Notes: generated by a model not told the origin, from the letters alone. A stretch of 64,000 nucleotides of DNA from Cycas panzhihuaensis (GCA_023213395.1 CM041465.1:126363741-126427740); one strand, 5' to 3'. Numbered from the stretch's first letter, positions 12,601-27,551 are shown. Made by a program: numbers and translations.

Positions 12601-14000
12601 TAATATGAGAATTCACCTGGTTCTTATATACAGGGGGACTCTTCATTAATGACTTCATTTACCTCATCAATTTGAGCTGTGTTGGGAATTGAACAAGCTT
12701 CATTTTATGGAGTAGTTGTAAGGGGGATACCACCCAACCTATATAGGCCACCATCTTCATATCTTATGGCCACAAGCTTGCACGTTGCATGATCTGCGAT
12801 TCTACTAATGCCCTAGACAAAGAGGACATCTAAATTCTATTTGTTTATTTCATTGATAGAGAGCAAGTTCATCTCCATTTCAGGTGCAAGGAATATATTA
12901 TTGATGTGGTGCCTCATATTGGAGTCCTTCAAAGCTATTGGAGCCCTACCAATTTTGGTCATTATCGTAAGCCAAATTATCCCCAAATGTGATAGTTTGA
13001 GTATCATTGGCGAGTCTCTTCTAACATTTTTCTAATCCGATCATATATCTCCTTGCACTGACTCGAAGCCATGCATCCTCATCAAGTTGTGCGAAAAATT
13101 TGTAAAAAATAGGTGATGGAAGGAGGAATCCTAATTGTGTACCACATTACTTCTGTATTATTTATTATTATGCTGGTTTCTTTAATTTTTGATAGTGAAT
13201 TACTGCTTATTTTGAGGTCTTTCTCCTTGGCGGTCTCGATTCCAATTATGTTGGTAGAATTGGCCTTGTGGTTGGAATGATGACCCTTCTTATTGTTGAA
13301 TAAGGCCTCTTTATTGGAAATATGGGCCTCCTTGTTACAAAATAAGACCTCGCTATTATGGAAACAGGGCTCTTTGTAGAAGGCACGATCCTCCTTAGTA
13401 ATATCCTTGTCTCTATTAAGAGTAACTAGGACCTCTTTATTGATATGAGGGTGGTCCTTATTAGTAGGTTAGGCCTAATCGTTGATAATAAGAGGTAGCT
13501 TATTAGAAGCGAGGCCCATATGATTGACTCAATTGATTTTACAAGAGTTGTGAATCAACTTGTCCTCACTTGCATTAACAGAAGTGTCTTTTTTTATCAT
13601 AGTAGAGGCAACTGACATCTGGTCTAACCTATTAATTCTTTTAAAGTTGTGCATATGGCTGGTATTGAGACTGGAGTGCGATGAGTTAGACGGGAGGAGG
13701 AGGTGTTAATTGGTTATTACTTCTTTTAGGTTGGTTGTTGATATGGCTCTTGGGATATGGTCAGAGAATCTAAGTGTTGAGTTAGATCTTGGTGTTGACT
13801 AAGTTGTTGAGTTGATCTATTGATAGTCTTACGCTTTTCTGAGTTATGAAATTTGTAAAGGTAGGAGCGGGGTTAGATATACATGTCGCCCCAAGTCAGT
13901 CAGTTGAGTATATTCTCCTCTTATAACAAGAGTTCCTCACAGGTTGTGAAGTCTATTTTGGAATAATTACCATTTAATTTGGAAACAAAGGAGTTATATT
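9665..14000 (-). mobile_element. Decayed Ty1/Copia element (candidate 3' LTR 9665-10053, PPT, RNase H, RT, integrase, protease/gag remnants; no 5' LTR seen)
   Basis: Minus-strand remnants: KLDDKSLKCIFLNY...KAYKVFD (post-integrase), a WLLESGAT-like protease motif in sister copies, and RNase H tail sequence. PPT AAGGGATGG abuts TGTTAA at 10053, and a matching terminus tgttga lies at 9665. The right boundary is approximate. Confidence 0.75.
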
Positions 14001-15588
14001 CTATAGGTAGGATGTCAATGATGCTAGAGATTAAATCATGGTTTGAAAGTGGTTCATTAAGGATTATAAGTTAGTTCCTAGTTATTTTGATTTTAATCAA
14101 GTGGTGTGCTGTGCCAGAAAATGTATACTTTTATCAAAACGTTATGAACTTAAAGAAGATAAGTCATGAAAATAAGATTAATTTTAGATTCACGTATTCA
14201 TTATAGGGTGTACCCTATGCTTGGCACAAATAATTATACCCAACTAAGACATGGGAGAATATTATGAAGTAATTTAAGGAGATATTGTAAAAGTTTTTAA
14301 GTAATGAGGTAGTGGAGTTATCTCTCAAGGAAATGAGATAAAGGCTAGTAGAATTACTTTTAATACGTATATGAAAAATAAATATTAAAGTTGTAAGTAT
14401 TATGAATGGAGAAAAAATCATGGATTATAATAAGAGAAACTATTTTATAAATGGGCTAAATTCTAAAGTAAGGGCCATAATGGTGATTCATTCCTTGAAA
14501 TGCTTCCATTTCACACATGAGTTGGTATTACACTTTGAGAAAGAGATGGGCATTCACTCACAAGATAAAATGTAATAATTTAGAAGCCAAAATATAAATA
14601 AACCTTGCTATTAAGAAACAAAAATAAAGGAGACCTCAAAAGTAGAAGCCTTTAAAAAGGAAGTCACAAGATTAAAGTTATAAAGAAAGAAACATCAGCT
14701 TACTAAGGAGAAGAAGAATAAAAAATTATAAGGGTATGATAGTAATTGAAGAAGTGGTGTCACATTTGTGATAATAATTCATATTCTAGTAAAAAATGTG
14801 ACCTAAATGAGAGGAATAATATGGTAAAAGAGTAAAGTACATGGTGTTATATTTATGATATGTATAACCATAATATGAATAAACACTATTTTAATATATG
14901 TAAAACAAACCAATACGGTACAAGTTATGGAAGAAGGAACAACTTAACCATGATGCAATATACTAATGACGCAGGAAGGCATGTGAAAAAATAATAATGC
15001 ATGAAGAGAGAGTAAAGGAAATGTACTAAACTAACTAAAATAATAGAGATAAAATTGATCTATCCTCATAGAAAATACCTATAGAGATCAAACATCACCT
15101 AATAAGAATTTATTAAAATCTAAGAGGTCCACTAGAGCATATATGCCTAAACTATTGAGAAAAGTATGTGCTTGGCCTATTGCAGATACCCTTTATAAAG
15201 AAGAATATCCTATCTAACCCAGACTCTTAAATATACCTAAAACACTAGACTCAATCTTAAAATATGAGAAGGGACTAACTAGAGTAAGAGGCCTAAAGGA
15301 GTTAAGACCACATGATCCATATGATCATTAGGTAGGTTCTTGGAAAATTATCAATAGCAGTGACTCATCTCACATAAGTTTGAGATAGGCTAACAGTACA
15401 TGCATTTAACTCCAACTAGCATCAAGCTCTAATAGGTAAAATAAAAAGAGGCCATTGCTCTCAATAAGATGCATAGAGTTCACTTTCGGTTGTTGAGGCC
15501 ACACATATAAATGCATAGTGAGGGTAGATGCCCACCATTAGGCCAATCAGAATATGAATCGTAAGACTCTTCTCACATAAGGCCAAAA

Positions 15589-16071
15589 GATCACCTCTCT
15601 CATCTAATGGTTAAATCTAGGTTCAAAGAAAGTGATCTACCTTATTTGTAAAAGAATAAGTACTTTGAGATATTATGTATCTTGATGTATTTTGTATATG
15701 CAAGAAGATAATTTATATCTTCTTGTTGTTTAGAGGAGTAAAGTCAAATAATTATTGTTGAACTAATTTCTAGGTGTGATGTTGATGTACTCTAAAGTAA
15801 ATAAATGGCAATTCATTATTTTGAATCAAATAAGAAAACCAATGACAAAAAAGAGTTAAATTTAAGATTCGAAATGTTTATTAGATGAATAAAGAGCGTA
15901 GAAGTTATTTTCTTTCATTGCATTTAGACGTTACTAATATTGACAACACAATGTAGATGATGCACTATAAGGAGATTACATCTGCATTCATTTTAGTTTG
16001 TAGAAATGGTGCTTCAAAGCTTCGTTAGCTGAAAGACATTCCCTTGGGTCAAACTTCAGTAAATCTCGAAG
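15589..16071 (-). pseudogene. Truncated kinase 3' fragment
   Basis: Aligns with 5933-6421; more diverged, with a small deletion near 15970. Confidence 0.85.
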
Positions 16072-18870
16072 ATGGGGTGTTGTTTGAAGAAAACCTCTTC
16101 TTTAAGGTCTCTATTGAGGAAAGTACCCTTCACATCCATTTGCTAAATATTTCGATTAAATTAGATTGCTAAGGACATAACCAAACGGAATGTGATCACA
16201 TTGGCTACCGGTGCAAAGGTCTTGTGATAATCAATCCCCTCTTGTTATTTAAAACCTCCCGCTATAAGGCGAGCTTTGCGAGTGTCATACTTTCTAAGGC
16301 CTTTTAACATTTATGGGAGGAGGAACATCCATTAATAATTGTTATACCCATTAGGATTTAGTTGAATGCTAGTGGCTTCCACCTGAAGTTCATAAACTAA
16401 AATTGGATGTAAAGTTATACTTTCTTGAGTTGTTGATGTAGATACTCTTTGGAATCGATGAAGGAGCTGGAGTGTAGGAGGAGGCTAGTTTTGGTGGCTC
16501 GACAATTTGTCCAAGAGTCACTTAAGATACAAAACCTACTTCTACTGCTATAATATAAGGTTGAGGTGGAGGTAGGTCCTATAAATCTTCTATAAATATT
16601 ATATCCAGTGTTACGTAAACTTGGTTACCAACTATGTCAAACACTTTATAGGCTTTACAACAAAGTACATAGCTAAGGAAGATGCATTTCAGGCTCTTGT
16701 CATCAAGCTTCTTTTTGTTTTCCTTTGAAATATATTTATATTCCATGCATCCAAAGATCTTCACGAGTACTACCGATGGTTTCTGACTTGACTAAACTTC
16801 TTCAAGAGTAATATTCCTAACTACAATTCTGGGACTTATGTTGGTTAGATAAGTAGTTATGGTTGTGGCATCAACCTAAGATCTGGTGGTAAGATTTGCA
16901 GGACTAACCATTCCTTTTCCTTTATTTATCAATCTCTAATTCATTCTTTTCACTACGATTTTGTTGAGTTGTGTGGGGAGATGGGAACTGATGTTGGATG
17001 CCATGTCCCTTGCCCAAAATGTTGAGCTGATTAGAAATATACTCACCACCATTATCAGATCTAAGGAGCTTGATTATCATTCTACTTTTCTTTTCTATGG
17101 CAGCTTTGAACTCTTTGAATTTATTTAGGGTTTTATACTTATTTCTTAGGAAATAGACCTACATTTTCCTTGAGATGTCATCTATGAATGTGATGAAATG
17201 CCAGTTTTTATTGAGTGGTTAGGCGGTATCAACAAGTAAATTTACGGGTGGACCATCTTTAGCATTTGAGGGATCTCCATGCGTTCTTAGAAGGAAAATT
17301 TTCTCGTTAGTACTTTTCTATTAGGCAAGCATGACATATGTTGTTGTACCTCTTAATTTTATGTAAGCAGGTATGCGCTTTGGAGCTTAAACGTGAGGTC
17401 CAAGCTTTGCATGTTTAAATGGCTTAGTCATTAAATCCATAGATATACTTTGGAGCTATTTAAGATGACAATTTCCTTTCAATATGAGAATTGACCTGGT
17501 TCTTATATACAAGGAGACTCTTCATTAATGACTTCATTTACCTTATCAGTTGGGTTGTGTTGGGAATTGAACAAGCTTTATTTTATAGAGTAGTTGTAAG
17601 GGGGATACCACCAAACCTATATAGGCCACCATCTTCATGTCTTTTGGCCACAGGTTTGCATGTTGCATGATCTGCGATTCTAGTAATGCCCTAGCTAAAG
17701 AGGACATCTAAATTCGGTTTATTTATTTCATTGATAGAGAGCAAGTTCATCTCCATTTCGGGTGCAAGGAATATATTATTGATGTGGTGCCTCGTATTGG
17801 AGTCCTTCAAAGCTATTGGAGCACTATCGATTTTGGTTATTATCGTAAGTCAAATTATCCCCAAATGTGAAAGTTTGAGTATGGATTGCGCGGGTCTCTT
17901 CTAACATTTTTTCTAATCCGATCATATATCTCGTTACAACTGTCTCAAGGAGCCATGCATCCTCATCAAGTTGTGAAGAAACAGCTGCAAAGAATAGGTT
18001 ATGGAAGGAGGAATCCTAATTGTCTACCACATTACTTCCCTATTATTTATTATTATGCTGGTTCCTTTAATTTTTGATAGTGAATTGCTGCTTATTTTGA
18101 GGTCTTTCTCCTTGGCGGTCTCAGATTCGAATTGTGTTGGTAGAATTAGCCTTGTGGTTGGAATGATGACCCTTCGTATTATTGAATAAGGCCTCTTTAT
18201 TAGAAATATCAGCCTCCTTGTTACAAAATAAGACCTCGCTATTATGGAAACAAGGCTCTCTGTAGAAGGCACGATCCTTCTTAGTAATATCCTTGTCTCT
18301 ATTAAGAGTAACTAAGACCTCCTTGTTGATATGAGGGTGGTTCTTATTAGTAGATTAGGCCTAATCGTTGATAATAAGAGGTAGCTTATTAGAAGCGAGG
18401 CCCATATGATTGGCTCAATTGATTTTACAAGAGCTGTAAATCAACTTGTCCTCACTTGCATTAACTAAGTGTCTTTTCTAATTATAGTAGAGGCAATTGA
18501 CATTTGGTCTCACCTATTAATTCTTTTAAAGTTGTGCATATGGATGGTATTGAGATTGCTGATGCCAATGAGTTAGACGGGAGGATGAGGTGTTAATTGG
18601 TTATTACTTCTCTTAGGTTGGATGTTGATATGGCTCTTGGGATGTGGTCAGAGAATCCAATTGTTGAGTTAGATCTTGGTGTTGACTAAGCTGTTGAGTT
18701 GATCTATTGATAGTCTTACGCTTTTATGAGTTATGGGCTGTAAAGGTAGGAGCGGGGTTTGATATACATGTCGCCCTAAGTCAGTTGAGTATATTCTCCT
18801 CTTATAACAAGAGTTCCTCACAGGTCGTGAAGTCTATTTTGGAATAATTACCATGTAATTCGGAAACAAA
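16072..18870 (-). mobile_element. Decayed Copia remnant (subunit copy)
   Basis: Homologous to 11192-14000. Confidence 0.7.
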
Positions 18871-20469
18871 GGAGTTATATTATATAGATAGGATGTCAGT
18901 GATGCTAGAGATTAAATCATGGTTTAAAAGTAGTTCATTAAGGATTATAAGTTAGTTCCTAGTTATTTTGACTTTAATCAAGTGGCGTGCAACACTGCCA
19001 AAAAAGGTATACCTTTATTAAAACTTTATGAACTTAAAGAAGATAAGTTATGAAAATAAGATTAATTTTAGATTCACGTATTTATTATAGGGTGTACCCT
19101 ATGCTTGGCACAAATAATTACACCCAACTAAGACATGGGAGAATATTATGAAGTAATTTAAGGAGATATTGTAAAAGTTTTTAAGTAATGAGGTAGTGGA
19201 GTTATCTCTCAAGGAAATGAGATAAAGGCTAATAGAATTACTATTAATACGTATATAAAAAATAAATATTAAAGTTGTAAGTATTATGAATGGAGAAAAA
19301 ATCATGGATTATAATAAGAGAAACTATTTTATAAATGGGCTAAATTCTAAAGTAAGGGCCACAATGGTGACTCATTCCTTGAAATGCTTCTATTTCACAC
19401 ATGAGTTGGTATGCAACCATAAACCTTATTATTTAGACCACGAGACAAAATGTAATAATTAATAAGCCAAAATATAAATAAACCTTGCTATTAAGTAACA
19501 AAAGTAAAGGAGACCTCAAAAGTAGAAGCCTTTAAAAAGGAAGTCATAAGGTTAAAGTTATAAAGAAAGAAACCTCAACTTACTAAGGAGAAGAAGAACA
19601 AAAAAATATAGGGGTATGAGCAGTAATTGAAGAAGTGGTGTCACATTTGTGATAATAATTCATATTACGGTAAAAATGTGACCTAAATGAGAGGAATAAT
19701 ATGGTAAAAAAGTAAAGTATATGGTGTTATATTTGTGATTTGGATAACCATAAAATGAATAAACACTATTTTAATATATGTAAAATAAACCAATACGGTA
19801 CAAGTTATGGAAGAAGGAACAACTGAACCATGATGCAATATACTAATGAAGCAGGAAGGCATGTGAAAAAGTAATAATGCATGAAGAGAGAGTAAAGGAA
19901 ATGTACTAAACTAACTAAAATAATAGAGATAAAATTAATCTATCCTCATAGAAAATACCTATAGAGATCAAACATCACGTAATAAGAAGGCTGTCAAAAT
20001 CTAAGAGGCCCACTAGAGCATATATGCCCAAACTATTGAGAAAAGTATGTGCTTGGCCTATTGTAGATACCCTTTATAAAGAAGAATGTCCTATCCTAAC
20101 CCAGACTCTTAAATATACCTAAAACACTAGACTCAATCTTAAAATATGAGAAGGGACTAACTAGAGCAAGAGGCCTAAAGGAGTTAAGACCATAGGATCC
20201 ATATGATCATTAGGTAGGTTCTTGGAAAATTATCAATAGTAGTGACTCATCTCACATAAGTTTGAGATAGGCTAATAGTACATGCATTTAACTCCAACTA
20301 GCATCAAGCTCTAATAGGTAAAATAAAAAGAGGCCCTTTGCTCTCAATAAGATGCATAGAGTTCACTTTCGGTTGTTGAGGCCACACATATAAGCATAGT
20401 GAGGGTAGATGCCCACCATTAGGCCAATCAGAATATGAATCGTAAGACTCTTCTCACATAAGGTCAAAA

Positions 20470-20969
20470 GATCACCTCTCTCATCTAATGGTTAAATCTA
20501 GGTTCAAAGAAAGTGATCTACCTTATTTGTAAAAGAATAAGTACTTTGAGATATTATGTATCTTGATGTATTTTGTATATGCAAGAAGATAATTTATATC
20601 TTCTTGTTGTTTAGGAGATTAAAGTCAAATAATTATTGTTGAACTAATTTCTAGGTGTGATGTTGATGTACTCTAAAGTAAATAAATAGGAATTCATTAT
20701 TTTGAATCAAATAAGAAAACCAATGACAAAAAAGAGTTAAATTTAAGAATCGAAATGTTTACTAGGCGAATAAAGGGCGTAGAAACATTGTTTTCTTTCA
20801 TTGTGTTTGGGCGTTACTAATATTGACAACACAATGTAGATGATGCACTATCGAAGCGAATGATTCCCAGGGATTACATCTACCTTCATTTTAGTTTGTA
20901 GAAATGGTGCTTCAAAGCTTCCTTAGTAGAAAGACGTTCCCTTGGGTCAAACTTCAACAAACCTCGAAG
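20470..20969 (-). pseudogene. Truncated kinase 3' fragment
   Basis: Aligns with 5933-6421; same fusion junction. Confidence 0.85.
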
Positions 20970-23790
20970 ATGGGGTGTTGTTTGAAGAAAACGTCTTCTT
21001 TAAGGTCTCTGTTGAGGAAAGTACCCTTCACATCTATTTGCTAAATATGTCGATTAAATTAGATTGCTAAGGACATAACCAAATGGAATGTGATCACATT
21101 GGCTATCGGTGCAAAGGTCTTATCATAATCAATCCCCTCTTGTTATTTAAAAGCTCTTGTTATAAGGCGAGCTTTGCGAGTGTCATACTTTGTAAGGCCT
21201 TTTAGCAGTTATGGGAGGAGGAACATCCATTAATAATTGTTATACCCATTAGGATTTAGTTGAATGCTAGTGGCTTCCACCTGAAGTTCATCAACTAAAA
21301 TTGGAGGTAAAGTTATACTTTCTTGAGTTGTTGATGTAGATGCTCTTTGGAATCGATGAAGGAGAATTTGTAGGAGGAGACTAGTTTTGATGGCTCCACA
21401 ATTTGTCCAAGAGTCACTTAAGATACATAAACTACTTCTACTACTATAATATAAGGTTGAGGTGAAGGTAGGTCCTATGAATCTTCTATAAATATTATAT
21501 CTCGTGTTGCGTAAACTTGGTTACCAACTATGTCAAACACTTTATAGGCTTTACAACCAAGTACATAGCTAAAGAAGATGCATTTTAGGCTCTTGTCATC
21601 AAGCTTCTTTTCATTTTCCTTTGAAATATATTTATATTCCATGCATCCAAAGAATTGCAGTACTATCGATGGTTTCGACTGACCAAACTTCTTCAAGAGT
21701 AATATTCCTAAGTGCAATTCTAGGACTTATGTTGGTTAGGTAAGTAGTTATGGTTGTGGCATCAACCCAAGATCTAGTGGTAAGATTTGCAACACTAAGC
21801 ATGGCTTCTCCTTTATTTATCAATGTCTAATTCATTCTTTTGACTACACCATTTTGTTGAGGTGTGTGAGGAGTTGGGAGGCGATGTTGGATGCCATGTT
21901 CTCTTGCCCAAAATGTTGAACTGATTAGAACTATACTCTAAGCCACCATTATCAGATTTAAGGAGCTTGATTATCATTCTACTTTTCTTTTTTATGGCAG
22001 CTTTGAACTCTTTGAATTTATTTAGGGTTTTATACTTTTTTCTCAGGAGATAGACCTACATTTTCCTTGAGAAGTCATCTATGAATGTGATGAAATGCCA
22101 GCTTTTATTGAGTGGTTAGGCAGTCTGCCGATCTGCGAATTTCTGGGTGGACCGTCTCTAACGGCGTTGAGGATCTCCATGCGTTCTTAGAAGGAAAAAT
22201 TTCTCTTTAGTGCTTTTCTATTAGGCAAGCCTCACATATGTTGTTGTACCTCTTAATTTTATGTAAACCATGTACCATTTGGAGCTTAAACATGAGGTCC
22301 AAGCTTTGCATGTTTAAATGACTTAGGCATTAATTCCATAGGTGTACTTTGGAGCTATTTGAGATGATAATTTCCTTTCAATATGAGAATTCACCTGGTT
22401 CTTATATCTGAGACTCTTCATTAATGACTTCATTTACCTTATCAATTTGAGCTATGTTGGGAATTGAACAAGCTTCATTTTATGGAGTAGTTGTAAGGGG
22501 GATACCACCCAACCTATATAGGCCACCATCTTCATATCTTATGGCCACAAGCTTGCACGTTGCATGATCTGCGATTCTACTAATGTCCTAGACAAAGAGG
22601 ACATCTAAATTCTGTTTGTTTATTTCATTGATATAGGGCAAGTTCATCTCCATTTCAGGTGCAAGGAATATATTATTGATGTGGTGCCTCATATTGGAGT
22701 CCTTCAAAGCTATTGGAGCCCTACCAATTTTGGTATTATCGTAAGTCAAATTATCCCCAAATGTGATAGTTTAAGTATCGACTGGGCGGGTCTCTTCTAA
22801 TATTTTTTCTAATCCGATCATATATCTCGTTGCACCTGACTCAAGGAGCCATGCATCCTCATCAAGTTGTGAAGAAAGAGCTGCAAAGAATAGGTGATGG
22901 AAGGAGGAATCCTAATTGTCTACCACATTACTTTCCTATTATTTATTATTATCTTTGGTTTCTTTAATTTTTGATAGTGAATTGTAGCTTATTTTGAGGT
23001 CTTTCTCCTTGAGCAGGTCTCTGATTCCAATTGTGTTGGTAGAATTGGCCTTGTGGTTGGAATGATGACCCTTCTTATTGTTGAATAAGGCCTCTTCATT
23101 GGAAATATAGGCCTCCTTGTTACAAAATAAGACCTCGCTATTATGGAAACGGGGCTCTTTGTAGAAGGCACGATCCTCCTTAGTAATATCCTTGTCTCTA
23201 TTAAGAGTAACTAGGACCTCCTTGTTGATATGAGGGTGGTCCTTATTAGTAGATTAGGCCTAATGGTTGATAATAAGAGGTAGCTTATTAGAAGTGAGGC
23301 CTATATGATTGGCTCAATTGATTTTACAAGAGTTGTGAATCAACTTGTCCTCACTTGCATTAACAGAAGTGCCTTTTTTTATCATAGTAGAGGCAACTGA
23401 CATATGGTCTAACCTATTAATTCTTTTAAAGTTGTGCATATGGCTGGTATTGAGGCTAGCGATGCCCGATGAGTTAGGCAGGAGGAGGAGGAGGTGTTAA
23501 TTGGTTATTACTTCTCTTAGGTTGGTTGTTGATATGGCTCTTGGGATATGGTCAGAGAATCCAAGTGTTGAGTTAGATCTTGGTGTTGACTAAGCTGTTG
23601 AGTTGATCTATTAATAGTCTTACGCTTTTATGAGTTATGAAATTTGTAAAGGTAGGAGCGGGGTTAGATATACATGTCGCCCCAAGTCAGTCAGTTGAGT
23701 ATATTCTCCTCTTATAACAAGAGTTCCTCACAGGTCGTGAAGTCTATTTTGGAATAATTACCATTTAATTTGGAAACAAAGGAGTTATAT
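20970..23790 (-). mobile_element. Decayed Copia remnant (subunit copy)
   Basis: Homologous to 11192-14000. Protease-like AWLLESGATRYM at about 22820-22855. Confidence 0.7.
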
Positions 23791-25345
23791 TCTATAGAGA
23801 TTAAATCATGGTTTGAAAGTGGCTCGTTAAGGATTATAGGTTAGTTGGGAGTTATTTTGAGTTTAATGAAGTGGTGTGCTGTTGCCAGCGTATACCTTTA
23901 TCAAAACGTTATGAACTTAAAGAAGATAAGTCATGAAAATAAGATTAATTTTAGATTCACCTATTCATTATAGGGTGTACCCTATGCTTGGCACAAATAA
24001 TTATACCCAACTAAGACATGGGAGAATATTATGAAGTAATTTAAGGAGATATTGTAAAAGTTTTTAAGTAATGAGGTAGTGGAGTTATCTCTCAAGGAAA
24101 TGAGATAAAGGCTAGTAGAATTACTTTTAATACGTATATGAAAAATAAATATTAAAGTTGTAAGTATTATGAATGGAGAAAAAATCATGGATTATAAGAA
24201 GAGAAACTATTTTACAAATGGGCTAAATTCCATTTCACACATGAGTTGGTATTACACTTTGAGAAAGAGATGGGCATTTAAAAGGGCGGCCATAAACCTT
24301 ATTATTTAGATCACAAGATAAAATGTAATAATTAAGAAGCCAAAATATAAATAAACCTTGCTATTAAGTAACAAAAATAAAGGAGACCTCAAAAGTAGAA
24401 GCCTTTAAAAAGGAAGTCACAAGATTAAAGTTATAAAGAAAGAAACCTAAACTTACTAAGGAGAAGAAGAACAAAAAAATATAGGGGTAACGAACTGTAA
24501 TTAAAGAAGTGGTGTCACATTTGTGATAATAATTCATATTCTAGTAAAAAATGTGACCTAAATGAGAGGAATAATATGGTAAAAAAGTAAAGTACATGGT
24601 GTTATATTTGTGATATGGATAACCATAATATGAATAAACACTATTTTAATATATATAAAACAAACCAATACGGTACAAGTTATGGAAGAAGGAACGACTT
24701 AACCATGATGCAATATACTAATGGCGCAGGAAGGCATGTGAAAAAATAATAATGCATGAAGAGAGAGTAAAGGAAATGTACTAAACTAACTAAAATAATA
24801 GAGATAAAATTGATCTATCCTCATAGAAAATACCTATAGAGATCAAACATCACCTAATAAGAAGGCTGTCAAAATCTAAGAGGTCCACTAGAGCATATAT
24901 GCCTAAACTATTGAGAAAAGTATGTGCTTGGCCTATTGCAGATACCCTTTATAAAGGAGAATATCCTATCCTAACCCAGACTCTTAAATATACCTAAAAC
25001 ACTAGACTCAATCTTAAAATATGAGAAGGGACTAACTAGAGTAAGAGGCCTAAAGGAGTTAAGACCACAGGATCCACATGATCATTAGGTAGGTTCTTGG
25101 AAAATTATCAATTGCAGTGACTCATCTCACATAAGTTTGAGATAGGCTAATAATAGTACATGCATTTAACTCCAACTGGCATCAAGCTCTAATAGGTAAA
25201 ATAAAAGAGGCCCTTTGCTCTCAATAAGATGCATAGAGTTCACTTTCGGTTGTTGAGGCCGCACATATAAGCATAGTGGCGTAGATGCCGACGATTAGGC
25301 CATTAAGAATATGAATCGTAAGACTCTTCTCACATAAGGCCAAAA

Positions 25346-25841
25346 GATCACCTCTCTCATCTAATGGTTAAATCTAGGTTCAAAGAAAGTGATCTACCTT
25401 ATTTGTAAAAGAATAAGTACTTTGAGATATTATGTATCTTGATGTATTTTGTATATGCAAGAAGATAATTTATATCTTCTTGTTGTTTAGGAAGATTAAA
25501 GTCAAATAATTATTGTTGAACTAATTTCTAGGTGTGATGTTGATGTACTCTAAAGTAAATAAATGGCAATTCATTATTTTGAATCAAATAAGAAAACCAA
25601 TGACAAAAAGAGTTAAATTTAAGAATCGAAATGTTTACTAGGCGAATAAAAGGCGTAGAAGTTGTTTTCTTTCATTGTGTTTGGGCGTTACTAATATTGA
25701 CAACACAAGCGTAGATGGCCTTTTCTCGAGGCGAATGATTCCGGGGATTACATCTCGTTCATTTTAGTTTGTAGAAATGGTGCTTCAAAGCTTCCTTAGG
25801 TGAAGACGTTCCCTTGGGTCAAACTTCAACAAACCTAGAAG
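25346..25841 (-). pseudogene. Truncated kinase 3' fragment
   Basis: Aligns with 5933-6421; same fusion junction. Confidence 0.85.
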
Positions 25842-27551
25842 ATGGGGTGTTGTTTGAAGAAAACCTCTTCTTTAAGGTCTCTATTGAGGAAAGTACCCTT
25901 CACATCCATTTGTTAAATATCTTGGATTAAATTAGATTGCTAAGGACATAACCAAATGGAATGTGATCACATTGGCTACCGGTGCAAAGGTCTTGTCATA
26001 ATCAATCCCCTCTTGTTATTTAAAACCTCTTGCTATAAGGCGAGCTTTGCGAGTGTCATACTTTGTAAGGCCTTTTAGTAGTTATGGGAGGAGGAACATC
26101 CATTAATAATTATTATACCCATTAGGATGTAGTTGAATGCTAGTGGCTTCCACCTGAAGTTCATCAACTAAAATTGGAGCTAAAGTTATACTTTCTTGAG
26201 TTGTTGATGTAGATGCTACTGGAATCGATGAAGGAGCTGGAGTGTAGGAGGAGGTTAGTTTTGGTGGCTCCACAATTTGTCCAAGAATCACTTAACATAC
26301 ACAAACTACTTCTACTGCTGTAATATAAGGTTGAGGTGAAGGTAGGTCCTATGAATCTTCTATAAATATTATATCCTGTGTTGCGTAAACTTGGTTACCA
26401 ACTATGTCAAACACTTTATAGGCTTTACAACCAAGTACATAGCTAAAGAAGATGCATTTCAGTCTCTTGTCATCAAGCTTCTTTTTGTTTTCCTTTGAAA
26501 TATATTTATATTCCATGCATCCAAAGATCTGCACGAGTACTATCGATGGTTTCTGACCTGACCAAACTTCTTCAAGAGTAATATTCCTGACTGCAATTCT
26601 AGGACTTATGTTGGTTAGATAAGTAGTTATGGTTGTGGCATCAACCCAAGATCTGGTGGTCAGATTTGCAACACTAAGCACGGCTTTTCCTTTATTTATC
26701 AATGTCTAATTCATTCTTTTGACTACACCATTTTGTTGAGGTGTGTGGGGAGCTGGGAATTGATGTTGGATGCCATGTTCCTTGCCCAAAATGTTGGACT
26801 GATTAGAAATATACTCAAAGCCACCATTATCAGATCTAAGGGGCTTGATTATCATTCTACTTTCCTTTTCTATGGCAGCTTTGAACTGTTTGAATTTATT
26901 TGGGGTTTTATACTCATTTCTCAGGAAATAGACCTACATTTTCCTTGAGAAGTCATCTATGAATGTGATGAAATGCGAGTTCGTATTGAGTGGTTAGACA
27001 GGTACCAACCTGTAAATTTCTGGATGGACCATCTCTAACGGCGCTGGGGATCTCCATGTGTTCTTAGAAGGAAAATTTTCTCGTTAGTGCTTTTCTGTTA
27101 GGCAAGCCCCACATATGTTGTTGTACCTCTTAATTTTATGTAAACCATGTACCATTTGGAGCTTAAATATGAGGTCCAAGATTTGCATGTTTTAAATGAC
27201 TCAGGCATTAATTCCATAGGTATACTTTGTGGAGCTATCTGAGATGACATTTTCCTTTCAATATGAGAATTCACCCGGTTCTTATATACAAGGGGATTCT
27301 TCATTAACGACTTCATTTACCTTATCAATTTGAGCTATGTTGGGCATTGAACAAGCTTCATTTTATGGAGTAGTTGTAATGGGGATACCACCCGACCTAT
27401 ATAGGCCACCATCTTCATGTCTTGTGGCCAGAGGTTTGCATGTTGCATGATCTGCGATTCTACTAATGCCCTAGCCAAAGAGGATATCTAAATGATGTTT
27501 GTTTATTTCCTTGATAGAGCAAGTTCGTCTCCATTTCGGGTGCAAGGAAAT
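25842..27551 (-). mobile_element. Decayed Copia remnant, truncated
   Basis: Copy of 4229-5932. Confidence 0.7.

Larger units (their letters stand above)
11192..25841. repeat. Three tandem ~4.88-kb subunits (Copia RT-INT-PR-gag remnant + AT-rich spacer + kinase 3' tail)
   Basis: The 'agatggggtgttg' boundary recurs at about 11192, 16071, 20969 and 25841. The MIFSPF ORF recurs at 14215, 19099 and 23982 (spacing 4884/4883). Confidence 0.9.
5933..27551. repeat. Complete ~21.6-kb higher-order repeat unit (kinase gene + upstream region + Copia remnant + 4.9-kb subunits)
   Basis: The junction 'gtgcaaggaaat|gatcacct' occurs at 5933 and 27552. Kinase stops are at 6338 and 27957 (offset 21619). 8457 and 30076 have the same offset. 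Confidence 0.9.

Noticed and set aside
5933-14000. Kinase captured inside an LTR element
   Set aside because: The kinase lies outside the candidate 3' LTR, and no enclosing LTR pair or TSD was found.
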